Notes: generated from the sequence alone by a model not told the origin. DNA of 64,000 bases from Fusobacterium sp. (GCF_030528405.1 NZ_JAUMYY010000001.1:10840-74839); one strand, 5' to 3'. Shown: positions 1-10,634, counted from the first letter of the stretch. Program-made: numbers and translations.

Positions 1-20
1 CTTAATTAAAAGGTGAGATT

Positions 21-3000
21 ATGGATAATTTTGTTCATTTAAATTTACATACGGAATACAGTCTTATGGATGGAGTCAGCTCTGTGGACAAATACCTTGA
101 AAAGGCAAGTTCATTAGGTATGAAGGCTATTGCTGTCACTGATTATTGCAATATGTTTTGTGCTATGGAATTTTATAAAAAAGCTAAGTCATATGACATA
201 AAACCCATATTTGGCATGGAAATTGCTATTTCAGCAGATAGCAGTTTTGATAAAAGAATTTCCTATTCTCTTGTTTTATTGGCGAAAAACTATGAAGCTT
301 ATAAAAATCTTGTAAAAATAACTTCAGAGGCATATAGAAATATTGAACATAATAAACTTAAAATATCCAAAGAAACTTTAAAAAAATATAGCTCAAATTT
401 AATAGCCTTGTCTTCTTCATTGCAAGGAGAGCTTGCCTTAGCTATTTTATCTAATAAGCATGATGAAGATTTAAAAGGTATCTTAGATGAATATATAGAT
501 ATTTTTGGAAGAGAGAATTTTTTCTTAGAGATTCAAGCTATAGAAGGAGAAGAACAAAGGAAAGTAAATGAAAGACTCTATGAGCTTTCTTTAAAATATG
601 ACATTGAAATGCTTGCGACAAACTATGTCCACTATGTAAATAGAGATGAATACAATTTACAAGATGTTGTTATATGTATACAGACTGGAGCGAAACTAAG
701 AGATAAGAACAGAAAGAGCATAAGCTCAAAAGATTTGTATTTAAAAAGTAAAGCAGAGATGGAGGCTTCTCTTGATGAAAAATACAAGAAGGCAATAGAA
801 AATACAGAATACGTAGCATCACTGTGTAATGTTGATATAAAATTTGGAGAATTACAATTTCCCTACTATGAAGTACCTAAAGAATATGAAAATATGGATC
901 AGTATTTAAAGGAAATTTGTTATACTAATTTAAAAAAAATATATGCTGAAAATCTCAATGAAGAGATAATAAAAAGATTGGACTATGAATTATCTGTAAT
1001 ATATAAAATGGGCTATTCTGGATATTTTATAGTTGTTTGGGATTTTATAAACTATGCAAAAAGGAGAAATATTCCAGTTGGTCCTGGAAGAGGTTCAGCT
1101 GCTGGAAGTTTGGTTTCATACACTTTAGGAATTACAATGGTAGATCCTATAAAATATAATCTACTTTTTGAAAGATTTTTAAATCCAGAGAGAATATCTA
1201 TGCCAGATATAGATATAGACATATGTAGAGAAAGAAGAGAAGAACTTATAGACTATGTAGTGCAAAAATATGGAAGAGAAAAGGTAGCACATATAATAAC
1301 TTTTGGTAGAATGAAAGCAAAAGCGGCGATAAGAGATGTAGGAAGAGTTTTAGATGTAGATTTGAAAAAAATAGATCATTTGGCAAAATTAGTTCCTGCA
1401 AATTTAGTGCTTGAGCAAACCTTAAAAGAAAATGTTGAGGTTGCAAAGCTCTATACAGGTGATATAGAACTTCAAAAGGTAATAGATATTTCAATAAAGT
1501 TGGATAATAAAGTTAGACATAGTTCAACTCATGCAGCTGGAATACTTATTACAAAGGAAAATTTAGATGAATTAATACCTATCTATTTAGATGAAAAAGA
1601 AGGAGTGGTAGCCACTCAATATCAAATGAAAGAACTAGAAGATTTAGGACTTTTAAAAATAGATTTTTTAGGCTTAAAAAATTTATCTAATATTCAAAGA
1701 ACTATAGATTATATAAAAAAGGATAAGAATATAGAAATAGATTTATATTCTCTTCCACTTGATGACAAGAAGGTATATAAGGCACTTGAAAAAGGAGATA
1801 CCAGTGGAGTTTTTCAGATGGAAGCAAGTGGCTTTAGGAAAATTTTGAAAAAATTAAAGGCAGATAAATTTGAAGATATAGTGGCTATGCTTTCACTGTA
1901 TAGACCAGGACCGTTAAAGTCAGGGATGGTTGATGATTTTTTAAATGCTAAAAATAGATTGAGTGAAATAAAGTATCCTCATCCAAGTTTGGAAGCTATT
2001 TTAAAAGAAACTTATGGAGTTATTTTATATCAAGAGCAAGTTATGAAAATAGCTAGTTATATGGCAAATTATAGTTTGGGAGAATCTGATCTTTTAAGAA
2101 GAGCTATGGGGAAAAAGAACTTTGAAATTATGGAAAAAAATAGGGCTAAGTTTGTAGAACGTTCCATAAAAAATGGCTATTCAAAAGAAAAAGCAGAGGA
2201 GATTTTTGATTTAATTGATAAGTTTGCAGGTTATGGTTTTAATAAATCTCATTCAGTTTGTTACGCAATGTTATCCTATTGGACAGCATACTTCAAGGTA
2301 AATTATCCTCAATATTATTATGCAGCAGTTTTAACTTCGGAAATAATGGAAGTTGATGATATTGCTTATTATTTTAATGATGCTAAGGAACATAATATCA
2401 AAATATATTCACCCAATGTAAATATTGCCAGCTCAAATTTTGAAGTAAAAGGAGATGGAATAATTTTTTCATTAGCAGCCATAAAAAATATAGGTTTAAG
2501 TTTAGCTCAAAAGATAGGAGAAGAGCTTGAAGAAAATGGAAAATATAAAAGTTTAGAAGATTTTGTATTCAGAAACAAAAAAAATGGACTTAATAAGAAA
2601 TCACTAGAAGCTCTTATCTTATCAGGTGCTTTAGATGAACTTAAGGGAAACAGGAAGGAAAAATTTTTATCTGTAGATAAGGTGCTTGAATATTGTATAA
2701 AGAAGTTTAAATTGGATGAAATTCAACAGATGAATCTATTTGGAGGAGCAGCAAGAACTATAGATAGCTTTAATTTAGTGAGTAGTGAAGATTATTCCAT
2801 AGATGAAAAATTAGAAAAAGAAAAAGAATTTTTAGGTTTTTATCTCTCATCTCATCCCCTAGATAAGTATGAACTTATAATAAAACTATATTCATTGAAG
2901 AGGTTATCAGAGTACTCCAAAATCAATGGAGAAAAGATTATAAGTTTTGGTATTGTAAGTAATTCTAAAAAGATTGTTACAAAAAAAGAAGAGAGAATGG

Positions 3001-3428
3001 CAATTTTTAATTTGGACTGTTATGATGAAAAAATTTCTTGTATAGCTTTTCCTAGAGTGTATGAAAATTATCAAAGAGAAATAATGGATAAAAATTTTGT
3101 TTATGTGGAAGGTAAAATACAGCAGGATGAATTTAGAGGAGAAGCTGTAGAAAAGCTTGTATTGAATAATATTGTTCTTCTTGAAGAGCTTATAAAAGAT
3201 ACTAGGGGAAAATTATATCTTTTAATTGAGCCAGAAGATAGTTCAAAATATAGTCGTTTAAAGGATTTATTAAAACAAAACAGGGGAACGACAAAGGTAG
3301 TTTTTGCAATCAGAAATGAGGAAGGCAAAAGTGTTAAAAATATGAAAGAGGGAGTGAAATTAAGTAAAGATTTTATAGAAGATTTAATACAGCTTATGGG
3401 AATTGAAAAAGTTAAAGTAATACTCTAA
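21..3428 (+). CDS. dnaE: DNA polymerase III alpha subunit (DnaE-type), 1135 aa
   Basis: N-terminal PHP domain motifs (HLHTEYSLMDG...), polymerase core and C-terminal OB/tau-binding regions; SD aaggtgag upstream of ATG at 21. Confidence 0.9.
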   Translation: MDNFVHLNLHTEYSLMDGVSSVDKYLEKASSLGMKAIAVTDYCNMFCAMEFYKKAKSYDIKPIFGMEIAISADSSFDKRISYSLVLLAKNYEAYKNLVKITSEAYRNIEHNKLKISKETLKKYSSNLIALSSSLQGELALAILSNKHDEDLKGILDEYIDIFGRENFFLEIQAIEGEEQRKVNERLYELSLKYDIEMLATNYVHYVNRDEYNLQDVVICIQTGAKLRDKNRKSISSKDLYLKSKAEMEASLDEKYKKAIENTEYVASLCNVDIKFGELQFPYYEVPKEYENMDQYLKEICYTNLKKIYAENLNEEIIKRLDYELSVIYKMGYSGYFIVVWDFINYAKRRNIPVGPGRGSAAGSLVSYTLGITMVDPIKYNLLFERFLNPERISMPDIDIDICRERREELIDYVVQKYGREKVAHIITFGRMKAKAAIRDVGRVLDVDLKKIDHLAKLVPANLVLEQTLKENVEVAKLYTGDIELQKVIDISIKLDNKVRHSSTHAAGILITKENLDELIPIYLDEKEGVVATQYQMKELEDLGLLKIDFLGLKNLSNIQRTIDYIKKDKNIEIDLYSLPLDDKKVYKALEKGDTSGVFQMEASGFRKILKKLKADKFEDIVAMLSLYRPGPLKSGMVDDFLNAKNRLSEIKYPHPSLEAILKETYGVILYQEQVMKIASYMANYSLGESDLLRRAMGKKNFEIMEKNRAKFVERSIKNGYSKEKAEEIFDLIDKFAGYGFNKSHSVCYAMLSYWTAYFKVNYPQYYYAAVLTSEIMEVDDIAYYFNDAKEHNIKIYSPNVNIASSNFEVKGDGIIFSLAAIKNIGLSLAQKIGEELEENGKYKSLEDFVFRNKKNGLNKKSLEALILSGALDELKGNRKEKFLSVDKVLEYCIKKFKLDEIQQMNLFGGAARTIDSFNLVSSEDYSIDEKLEKEKEFLGFYLSSHPLDKYELIIKLYSLKRLSEYSKINGEKIISFGIVSNSKKIVTKKEERMAIFNLDCYDEKISCIAFPRVYENYQREIMDKNFVYVEGKIQQDEFRGEAVEKLVLNNIVLLEELIKDTRGKLYLLIEPEDSSKYSRLKDLLKQNRGTTKVVFAIRNEEGKSVKNMKEGVKLSKDFIEDLIQLMGIEKVKVIL

Positions 3429-3440
3429 AAATAATAATTG

Positions 3441-3475
3441 CTATAAATTGAAAAATCTAGTATACTAATATTAAC
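3441..3475 (+). promoter_or_regulatory. sigma70-like promoter candidate for the asp23 module (TTGCTA-17-TATACT)
   Basis: -35 TTGCTA, 17-nt spacer, -10 TATACT about 45 bp upstream of the asp23 start. Confidence 0.35.
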
Positions 3476-3517
3476 AAGAAATAGAATAACAAAACAAATC
3501 TAATGGAGGTGTTTTTT

Positions 3518-3883
3518 ATGTCAGATTTAGGAAATATAAGAATTTCGGATGAAGTTGTAAAGACTTTAGTGGCAAAAGTAGCTGTAGATGTAGAAGGAGT
3601 TTATAAGCTAGCGGGTGGAGTTGTAGATGAAGTTAGTAAGATGCTTGGAAAGAAAAGACTTACTAATGGAGTTAAAGTTGAAGTTGGAGAAAAAGAATGT
3701 AGTATAGAAGTCTATATAGTTGTTGAATATGGATATAGAATTCCAGAAGTAGCTGAAGAAGTTCAAAAGGTTATATTGGAGTCAGTATCTAATTTAAGTG
3801 GTTTAAAAGTTGTAGAAGTGAATGTATATGTTCAAAATATAAAGGTTCATGAACAACCTGAAATAGATGAAACAGAAGAATAA
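3518..3883 (+). CDS. Asp23/Gls24-family alkaline shock protein
   Basis: Asp23 family signature (VVKTLVAKVAVDVEGVYKL...); the true start is probably ATG 3518, since the ATG at 3503 is part of the SD GGAGGTG. Confidence 0.8.
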   Translation: MSDLGNIRISDEVVKTLVAKVAVDVEGVYKLAGGVVDEVSKMLGKKRLTNGVKVEVGEKECSIEVYIVVEYGYRIPEVAEEVQKVILESVSNLSGLKVVEVNVYVQNIKVHEQPEIDETEE

Positions 3884-3906
3884 TAAATAATTCTGGTGGT
3901 GAAAAA

Positions 3907-4470
3907 ATGTTAAAAAAATTTATATTTTTTCTAGCTTGGATAGGAATACTAATTTTGTCTGTGTTAGGAATTAATTTCATACTTTTTCCAGATGAATATA
4001 TTTTTAGAATTCCAATCTTAACTAGACTTTCAATCTTTGAATTAAAAATTATATTCCTTTCTATATGTGTGATATATTTATTTTTAGTTTTATATAAATT
4101 TATTTCCCTTTTTGAGAGAAAAAAAGAATATGAAAAAGTTACAGCAAATGGTGTTGTGAAAATTTCAAATACAACTATTAATAATTATGTATTAGATTTA
4201 TTAAAGAAGGATAATGAAATATCTAATATAAAAGTTAGCAGTGAAAGAAAGGGGAAAAAGTTCTATATTTATGTTAAATTCCAAATTTTAGAGCAATTAA
4301 ATGTAACTAATAAAATAGTTGCTGTTCAAAATTTAATTAAAGAAGAATTAAATAATAATATAGGTATAGAAGTTAAAGAAGTAATAGTTAATGTATCAGG
4401 TCTATCTATTCAACAAAATAAATTTAAGGATAGTTACAGTGATAACAGCAACGATACAGAGGTGATCTAG
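3907..4470 (+). CDS. AmaP-like membrane anchor protein (Asp23-associated)
   Basis: N-terminal TM helices followed by a soluble domain, positioned immediately after asp23 as in the asp23/amaP modules of Firmicutes. Confidence 0.55.
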   Translation: MLKKFIFFLAWIGILILSVLGINFILFPDEYIFRIPILTRLSIFELKIIFLSICVIYLFLVLYKFISLFERKKEYEKVTANGVVKISNTTINNYVLDLLKKDNEISNIKVSSERKGKKFYIYVKFQILEQLNVTNKIVAVQNLIKEELNNNIGIEVKEVIVNVSGLSIQQNKFKDSYSDNSNDTEVI

Positions 4471-4471
4471 T

Positions 4472-4696
4472 ATGTCAGATAACATATTAGAAGTATTACT
4501 TGAAAAAATAATAAATAATTGGAAAAAATATCTAGGATGTTTCCTTGGTTTTGTTGCAGGAACTACCATAATGAAATATGGTTTTTTAAAAGCTTTAGTA
4601 ATATTTGCCTTAGCTTTTATTGGCTATAAGTTGGGAGATATTTCTTTTTCAAAAAAATTAAAAAAGACTATAATAAGTAAACTAGAAGAGGATTAA
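4472..4696 (+). CDS. DUF2273-like small membrane protein (Asp23-module partner)
   Basis: 74-aa protein with two TM segments, start overlapping the previous stop, same arrangement as the S. aureus asp23 operon. Confidence 0.5.
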   Translation: MSDNILEVLLEKIINNWKKYLGCFLGFVAGTTIMKYGFLKALVIFALAFIGYKLGDISFSKKLKKTIISKLEED

Positions 4697-4702
4697 ATTT
4701 AT

Positions 4703-5146
4703 ATGGATAAAGATTTTGAAGAGCAAGATTTAAAGCCTAAAAAAGGTAGAAAGCTTGCTAGAGAAGAACTTTTTAAAATTGTTTTTGAGACTGAAATTTT
4801 AGATACAGAGTTAAAAGAATTCTATTCTTTATATTTAAATAGAGAACCTATTTTGAAAAATCAAAAAGATTTGGAATTTTTAGAAAACTATGTAGAAGGA
4901 ATATCTAAGAATATTATTTTGATTAAAGATGAAATAAGAAATAATATGGATAATTGGGAATTAAAGAGAATAGGGAATATTGAAAGAAGTTTGTTAATAA
5001 TTTCTACCTATGAAATTTTAAAAGAAGATATACCAATAGAAGTTGTAGTAAATGAAGCTGTTGAATTAGCTAAAGAATATGGGGATACAAAAAGCTACGA
5101 GTTTATAAATGGTGTCTTAGCAAAAATAATAAAGAAAAACAGATAA
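4703..5146 (+). CDS. nusB: transcription antitermination factor NusB
   Basis: NusB family motifs (AREELFKIVFE..., LLIISTYEIL) and size of 147 aa. Confidence 0.8.
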   Translation: MDKDFEEQDLKPKKGRKLAREELFKIVFETEILDTELKEFYSLYLNREPILKNQKDLEFLENYVEGISKNIILIKDEIRNNMDNWELKRIGNIERSLLIISTYEILKEDIPIEVVVNEAVELAKEYGDTKSYEFINGVLAKIIKKNR

Positions 5147-5150
5147 ATGA

Positions 5151-5180
5151 AAAGGAACTATTTATATAGTTCCTTTTCTA
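5151..5180 (+). terminator. rho-independent terminator after nusB
   Basis: hairpin AAAGGAACTA-tttata-TAGTTCCTTT followed by a T-run. Confidence 0.6.
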
Positions 5181-5249
5181 ATACTTTTTTTAACAAAATT
5201 TGTATACATAGCAGTATTCTAAATAAAAAATAAATATAAAAGGAGATTT

Positions 5250-6746
5250 ATGAATACAAAAATTTATACCAGTAGTTATTTAGGAGTGGAATCTTATCTA
5301 GTTGAAGTAGAGGTTGATATAAGTAATGGACTTCCTGTATTTTCTATAGTAGGTATGGGAGATACAGCAATAATGGAAAGTAAATATAGGGTAAATGCAG
5401 CATTAAAAAATTCAGACTACGAAATAAAACCCAAAAAAATAACTATAAATCTATCTCCAGCTGGAATAAGAAAAGAAGGAGCACAATTTGATTTACCAAT
5501 TGCAATAGGAATATTAATAGCCAGTGAACTTGTGAAAGATGAAAATGAATTTATAAAAAAATATTTATTTATAGGAGAACTTTCTTTAGAAGGAGAGGTT
5601 AAAGGAGTAAAGGGACTTATAAATTCAGTAATTTTAGCAAAAGAAAGAGGATATAAAGGAGTAATTTTACCTTGGGCAAATAGGAACGAAGCAAGCTTAA
5701 TTGATGGAGTAGAAATAGTTGCAGTAAAAAGTATAAAGGAAGTTGTAGATTTTTTAGAAAATGGAAAGAAAAATATTTTTGAAAGAGAAAAAATAGAAAG
5801 AAAAGTAGATGATTTTTTAGACTTTTCAGATGTGAAAGGACAATATATGGCTAAGAGAGCAATGGAAATTTCTGCAGCTGGAGGTCATAATATACTACTT
5901 GTTGGTAGTCCTGGTTCTGGTAAATCAATGTTAGCTAAGAGAATGCAAGGAATATTGCCAGAAATGGTGGAAGAAGAAGTGATAGAAAGTACTAAAATCC
6001 ACAGTATAGCTGGAGAATTAACTGAAAATAGACCTATAATTTTAAAAAGACCCATAAGAATGCCTCATCATAGCACTACTTTAGCTGCTATGGTTGGAGG
6101 AGGTAAAAAAATAGTGCCTGGGGAAATAAGCTTAGCAAGCGGAGGAATTTTAATTTTAGATGAAATGAGTGAATTTCCAAGAGTAGTTTTGGAGGCTCTA
6201 AGGCAACCATTAGAAGATGGACTAGTAAGTATAACGAGGGCTATGTATAGGCTAGAATTTAAAAGTAATTTTATTTTAATTGGTACCAGTAATCCATGTC
6301 CTTGCGGAATGCTCTACGAAGGAACTTGTAAATGCAGCAATTATGAAGTGGAAAAGTATATGAGAAAATTATCAGGACCTATACTGGATAGAATAGACTT
6401 AGTTATAGAAATGAAAAGATTAAATGAAGATGAACTTATAAATGAGAGAAAAGAAGAAAATTCAAAAATTATAAGAGCTAGAGTGATTAAGGCTAGAGAT
6501 ATTCAAACTAAAAGATACGGAGCAAATAAAACAAATTCAAAGATGACACAGGAAGATATGAAGAAGTTTTGTAAAATAAATGAAGAAGATAAAAAATTTT
6601 TAGCTTCTGTACTGGAAAATTTAAAAGTTTCGGCAAGAGCCTATGATAAGATATTGAAAATATCAAGAACAATAGCTGATTTAGAACTCAGTGAACAAAT
6701 AAATAGAAAACATTTGCTTGAAGCTATATCTTTTAGAAGGAAATAA
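5250..6746 (+). CDS. comM: YifB/ComM family Mg-chelatase-like AAA+ ATPase
   Basis: N-terminal Lon-like/ChlI domain, Walker A GSPGSGKS, C-terminal Mg_chelatase_C region. Confidence 0.85.
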   Translation: MNTKIYTSSYLGVESYLVEVEVDISNGLPVFSIVGMGDTAIMESKYRVNAALKNSDYEIKPKKITINLSPAGIRKEGAQFDLPIAIGILIASELVKDENEFIKKYLFIGELSLEGEVKGVKGLINSVILAKERGYKGVILPWANRNEASLIDGVEIVAVKSIKEVVDFLENGKKNIFEREKIERKVDDFLDFSDVKGQYMAKRAMEISAAGGHNILLVGSPGSGKSMLAKRMQGILPEMVEEEVIESTKIHSIAGELTENRPIILKRPIRMPHHSTTLAAMVGGGKKIVPGEISLASGGILILDEMSEFPRVVLEALRQPLEDGLVSITRAMYRLEFKSNFILIGTSNPCPCGMLYEGTCKCSNYEVEKYMRKLSGPILDRIDLVIEMKRLNEDELINERKEENSKIIRARVIKARDIQTKRYGANKTNSKMTQEDMKKFCKINEEDKKFLASVLENLKVSARAYDKILKISRTIADLELSEQINRKHLLEAISFRRK

Positions 6747-6790
6747 AAATTTTGTAGGACTAGAAAAAAATGATAAAATAAGGTGGAAAT

Positions 6791-7750
6791 ATGACTATAC
6801 TAAGTATTTTTAAATATGCTAGAGAAAATAATATTTCAGATATTCATATAATTGAAAATGACTGTGTTTATTATAGAGAATACGGCGAGATTAGAGTGGA
6901 TAAAAATTTTTCTAAGATAACAAAGGAAGAAATTTTAAAACTTTGTGAAGGAAAGATGGGGGAAGACTTTATTTATATAGATGATTTCAACAACAGATAT
7001 AGAATAAGCTCTTTTTTAACTATGAATAGACTTGCTATGGTTATAAGGCTTATAAAGGATAAACCTATTTTATTAAAAAATAAATTTATAAATGAGTTAA
7101 TAGATAAAAAAATTTTAAATTTAAAAGATGGATTGATTTTAGTGACAGGAATAACTGGGAGTGGGAAATCCACAACCTTAGCTAATATAATTGAAAGATT
7201 CAATGAAAATAAATATTATAAAATTTTAACCATAGAAGATCCAATAGAATATGTATTTGAAAATAAAAAATCCCTTATTGTACAAAGAGAAATAACTCAG
7301 GATATATCATCTTATGAAGAAGCTCTGAAAAATTCACTCAGACAGGATCCAGATATTGTTATGGTTGGGGAAATAAGAGATGAAGAAAGTTTATATGCTG
7401 TTTTAAAATTGGCCGAAACAGGGCATTTGGTTTTAACAACATTGCATACAAGTAATGCAACAGAGAGCATAAATAGAATATTATCTATGGTTTCATCGGA
7501 AAGAAAAGATTTTATAAGAAATCAACTTTCCTCTGTTTTAAGATTCATTCTTTCACAAGATTTATATATAGATAGACAGAAAAGAAAAATTATACCGATT
7601 TTTGAAGTTTTAAATAATACAAAGGCGGTTGCCAATTTAATAATGAATAATAAAATAAATCAGATTCCTAATTTGATAGAAAGTGGAAGTACAAATCATA
7701 TGATAACAAAAGAAAAATACTTTACAGCAATTGAAAATACTGAATTTTAA
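6791..7750 (+). CDS. pilT: PilT/PilU-family type IV pilus retraction ATPase
   Basis: Walker A GITGSGKST, Asp box DPIEY, Walker B VMVGEIRD, His box TLHT. Confidence 0.75.
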   Translation: MTILSIFKYARENNISDIHIIENDCVYYREYGEIRVDKNFSKITKEEILKLCEGKMGEDFIYIDDFNNRYRISSFLTMNRLAMVIRLIKDKPILLKNKFINELIDKKILNLKDGLILVTGITGSGKSTTLANIIERFNENKYYKILTIEDPIEYVFENKKSLIVQREITQDISSYEEALKNSLRQDPDIVMVGEIRDEESLYAVLKLAETGHLVLTTLHTSNATESINRILSMVSSERKDFIRNQLSSVLRFILSQDLYIDRQKRKIIPIFEVLNNTKAVANLIMNNKINQIPNLIESGSTNHMITKEKYFTAIENTEF

Positions 7751-7811
7751 TAAAGATTAGTAAAAAATAAAATTTACAATCATAAATACAATAGAAGGGA
7801 AAATTTTAAGA

Positions 7812-9218
7812 GTGAAAATTGAACTTAATAAGGAATTAAACATAAGAAGTATAGAAGAGTTTGCAAGAATAATGTTAGCGGAAGAAAAGAAGGAACATAT
7901 AAAATATAATATAGTTAGAACAGAAACTAAAATTTTTTTGACAGTCTATTCTTATGATTTAAATAGGGAAGTAAAATTTGAATATGAAAATTTGGGGGAA
8001 AAAGTTGAAGATCAAGAGTTGACTATGGCAAAGATTGTTCTTTTAAAACTCTATAATAAAAAATATCCTTGGGGTTCGCTTATGGGAGTAAGACCTACTA
8101 AGGTTTTAAGAAGACTTTTAATAAACAACTGCTCTTATATTGAAGCAAGAGAAATCTTAAAAAATTTTTACTTAGTGAGTGATGAAAAAATAGATTTAAT
8201 GGAGATGGTTGTAAAAAAAGAATTGGAACTTTTAGATAAGGACCATATAAATATGTATATAGGCATTCCTTTTTGTCCTACGAAGTGTAAATATTGCTCC
8301 TTTGCTTCATATGAAATAGATGGGGGCGTAGGGAGATTTTATAAGGATTTTGTGGAAGCACTTTTAAAAGAAATTGAGATAATGGCAGAGTTTTTAAAAA
8401 ACTATAACAAAAAAATATCTTCAATTTACTTTGGAGGTGGAACTCCAAGTACACTTACAGAGGAAGACCTTGAAAGAGTTTTGAAAAAACTTATAGAAAA
8501 GATAGATTTAAGTGAACTAAAAGAATTTACTTTTGAAGCGGGTCGTGAGGATACACTTAATATAAAAAAGTTAGAACTTATGAAAAAATATAGAGTGGAT
8601 AGAATAAGCTTAAATCCTCAATCTTTTAATATTGAGAGCTTAAAAAGAGTAAATAGAAAGCTTGATAGAGACAATTTTGATTTTATTTTTAAGCTTGCGA
8701 AGGATTTAGGATTTATTATAAATATGGATTTCATAATAGGCTTACCTAAAGAAACTACAGAGGATATATTAAATACAATAGAGGAAATAAAAAAATATGA
8801 TGTTGATAATCTAACCATTCATTCCCTATCTTTTAAAAGGGCATCTAAACTTTTTAAAGAAGAGCAAAAAAGGGAAGATATAGATAGAACTTTAATTGAA
8901 CAAGAAATAACTAAGCTTGTTAAGGAAAAAAAATTATACGCCTATTATATGTATAGGCAAAAAAATATAATAGAGTGGGGGGAAAATATAGGTTATTCAA
9001 AATTAGGGAAAGAATCTATTTTTAATATTGAAATGATAGAAGAAAATCAAAATACTTTGGCTCTTGGAGGCGGTGGTATAAGTAAGGTAGTAGTTGAAGA
9101 GAAAAAAGGTATAGACTATATAGAAAGATTTGTGAATCCAAAAGATCCAGCACTTTATATAAAAGAACTCGAAAAAAGATGTTTAGAAAAAATTGCCATG
9201 TTTAATAAATATAAATAG
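7812..9218 (+). CDS. radical SAM protein, HemN/HemW/HemZ-like coproporphyrinogen dehydrogenase family
   Basis: CxxxCxxC motif (CPTKCKYC) with HemN-like downstream motifs (YFGGGTPS) and a ~140-aa N-terminal extension as in HemZ; GTG start. Confidence 0.65.
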   Translation: MKIELNKELNIRSIEEFARIMLAEEKKEHIKYNIVRTETKIFLTVYSYDLNREVKFEYENLGEKVEDQELTMAKIVLLKLYNKKYPWGSLMGVRPTKVLRRLLINNCSYIEAREILKNFYLVSDEKIDLMEMVVKKELELLDKDHINMYIGIPFCPTKCKYCSFASYEIDGGVGRFYKDFVEALLKEIEIMAEFLKNYNKKISSIYFGGGTPSTLTEEDLERVLKKLIEKIDLSELKEFTFEAGREDTLNIKKLELMKKYRVDRISLNPQSFNIESLKRVNRKLDRDNFDFIFKLAKDLGFIINMDFIIGLPKETTEDILNTIEEIKKYDVDNLTIHSLSFKRASKLFKEEQKREDIDRTLIEQEITKLVKEKKLYAYYMYRQKNIIEWGENIGYSKLGKESIFNIEMIEENQNTLALGGGGISKVVVEEKKGIDYIERFVNPKDPALYIKELEKRCLEKIAMFNKYK

Positions 9219-9249
9219 AATTTTAGTTAGCTTCATAGTAGGAGAAAAT

Positions 9250-9789
9250 ATGAGAAGAACTGTATTTTTATTTTTTTTATTAATATTTTTGAATGTATAT
9301 TCAAAAATTGATATACTGAATAGTCAAGATTTTAAAGTGATTATTAGCTCACAAAATATGAAGGAAAAGAAAGATGAAAGAATGGATATAAATACTGTAA
9401 CAGTTGAGGAAATGTTAAGTAGAGGGATAGCTAGTAGTTATGTTACAAAAATAACAGAATATCGAGAAATAACTGGTGGTTTTGAAAAACTGGATGAACT
9501 TAAAAGGATAAAAGGAATAAGGGAGGCAACTTATAGTAAGTTATCAAAATCTTTTAAAATAATAAAAAAGCCAGAGAGAAATTTTTTATATATAAATACA
9601 GTCAATGATGAAGTTTTAAAGTATTATGGATTTAGCAAAAAGGAAATAAAAGAGATAAGAAAATTTATCCAAAAATATGGTAGAATTGTAAATAATATAG
9701 AATTGAAAGAGCTTATTTCAAAGTCTATGTATGAAAGTTTAAAAGATAAGATTAGATATGAGGAGAATACTAAAAAATGGGAAGGTTAA
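9250..9789 (+). CDS. comEA: ComEA-like helix-hairpin-helix DNA-binding protein with signal peptide
   Basis: signal peptide MRRTVFLFFLLIFLNVYS and HhH ComEA motif (INTVTVEEM...IKGI); start ATG 9250 preferred, with SD AGGAG. Confidence 0.6.
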   Translation: MRRTVFLFFLLIFLNVYSKIDILNSQDFKVIISSQNMKEKKDERMDINTVTVEEMLSRGIASSYVTKITEYREITGGFEKLDELKRIKGIREATYSKLSKSFKIIKKPERNFLYINTVNDEVLKYYGFSKKEIKEIRKFIQKYGRIVNNIELKELISKSMYESLKDKIRYEENTKKWEG

Positions 9790-10634
9790 TAAGAGGAACG
9801 AGTAAAAATGCAAGATTTTTTGTTACGGATACTACAGATTTAATTCAGGAAGCATTGGATATTCATAATTATGATGTTTATTCTGCAGATATTTTTGGAA
9901 AATTTTGTACCCTTGCGGTTTTAATGGGAGCAACTTTAAAAGGTGAAGATAGATTAACAATAAGAACAGATACTGAGGGCTATATAAAAAATATCATAGT
10001 CAATTCAGATTCAACAGGAAATATAAAAGCATATTTGATAAATGAAACCAACAATAACTTTGATAGTCTTGGAAAGGGAATGATGAGAATAATAAAGGAT
10101 ATGGGCTTAAAAGAACCCTATACTGCCATAGCTGACATAGATTATTCTAAACTTGCAAATGATATTTCCTATTATTTTTACAGTTCGGAGCAAATACCAA
10201 CTGTTATTGCGTTTGCAATGGAATTTACAAATGATAATAGAGTTTTATGTGCAGGAGCCTATATGGTACAGTTATTACCCAATGCTGATGAAGAATTTAT
10301 AACTAAGCTTGAAAGAAAGATAGAAGCAATAAGACCAATGAATGAACTTATGAAAGGTGGAATGAGCTTAGAAAAAATTGTAAATCTCCTGTATGATGAT
10401 ATGGATACAGAAGATGACAGCTTAGTTGAAGAATATCAAATCTTAGAGGAAAAAGAAGTTAAATACAGTTGTGATTGTAGCTCGGATAGATTTTATAGGG
10501 GGCTTATAACTCTAGGGGCAGAAGAACTTATAAAAATTTTGGATGAAGAGGGAGAAATAGAAACTGAGTGTCAATTCTGTAGTAAAAAATATAGATTTGA
10601 AAGAAAAGATTTTTTAGAAATAATAAAAAAATAA
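9777..10634 (+). CDS. hslO: redox-regulated chaperone Hsp33
   Basis: Hsp33 fold with C-terminal zinc centre CDC...CQFC. Confidence 0.85.
   Translation: MGRLIRGTSKNARFFVTDTTDLIQEALDIHNYDVYSADIFGKFCTLAVLMGATLKGEDRLTIRTDTEGYIKNIIVNSDSTGNIKAYLINETNNNFDSLGKGMMRIIKDMGLKEPYTAIADIDYSKLANDISYYFYSSEQIPTVIAFAMEFTNDNRVLCAGAYMVQLLPNADEEFITKLERKIEAIRPMNELMKGGMSLEKIVNLLYDDMDTEDDSLVEEYQILEEKEVKYSCDCSSDRFYRGLITLGAEELIKILDEEGEIETECQFCSKKYRFERKDFLEIIKK

Noticed and set aside
1246-1494. 82-aa minus-strand ORF inside dnaE
   Set aside because: It is antisense to a highly conserved coding region, has low-complexity Leu/Phe-rich composition typical of AT-rich antisense frames, and has no SD.
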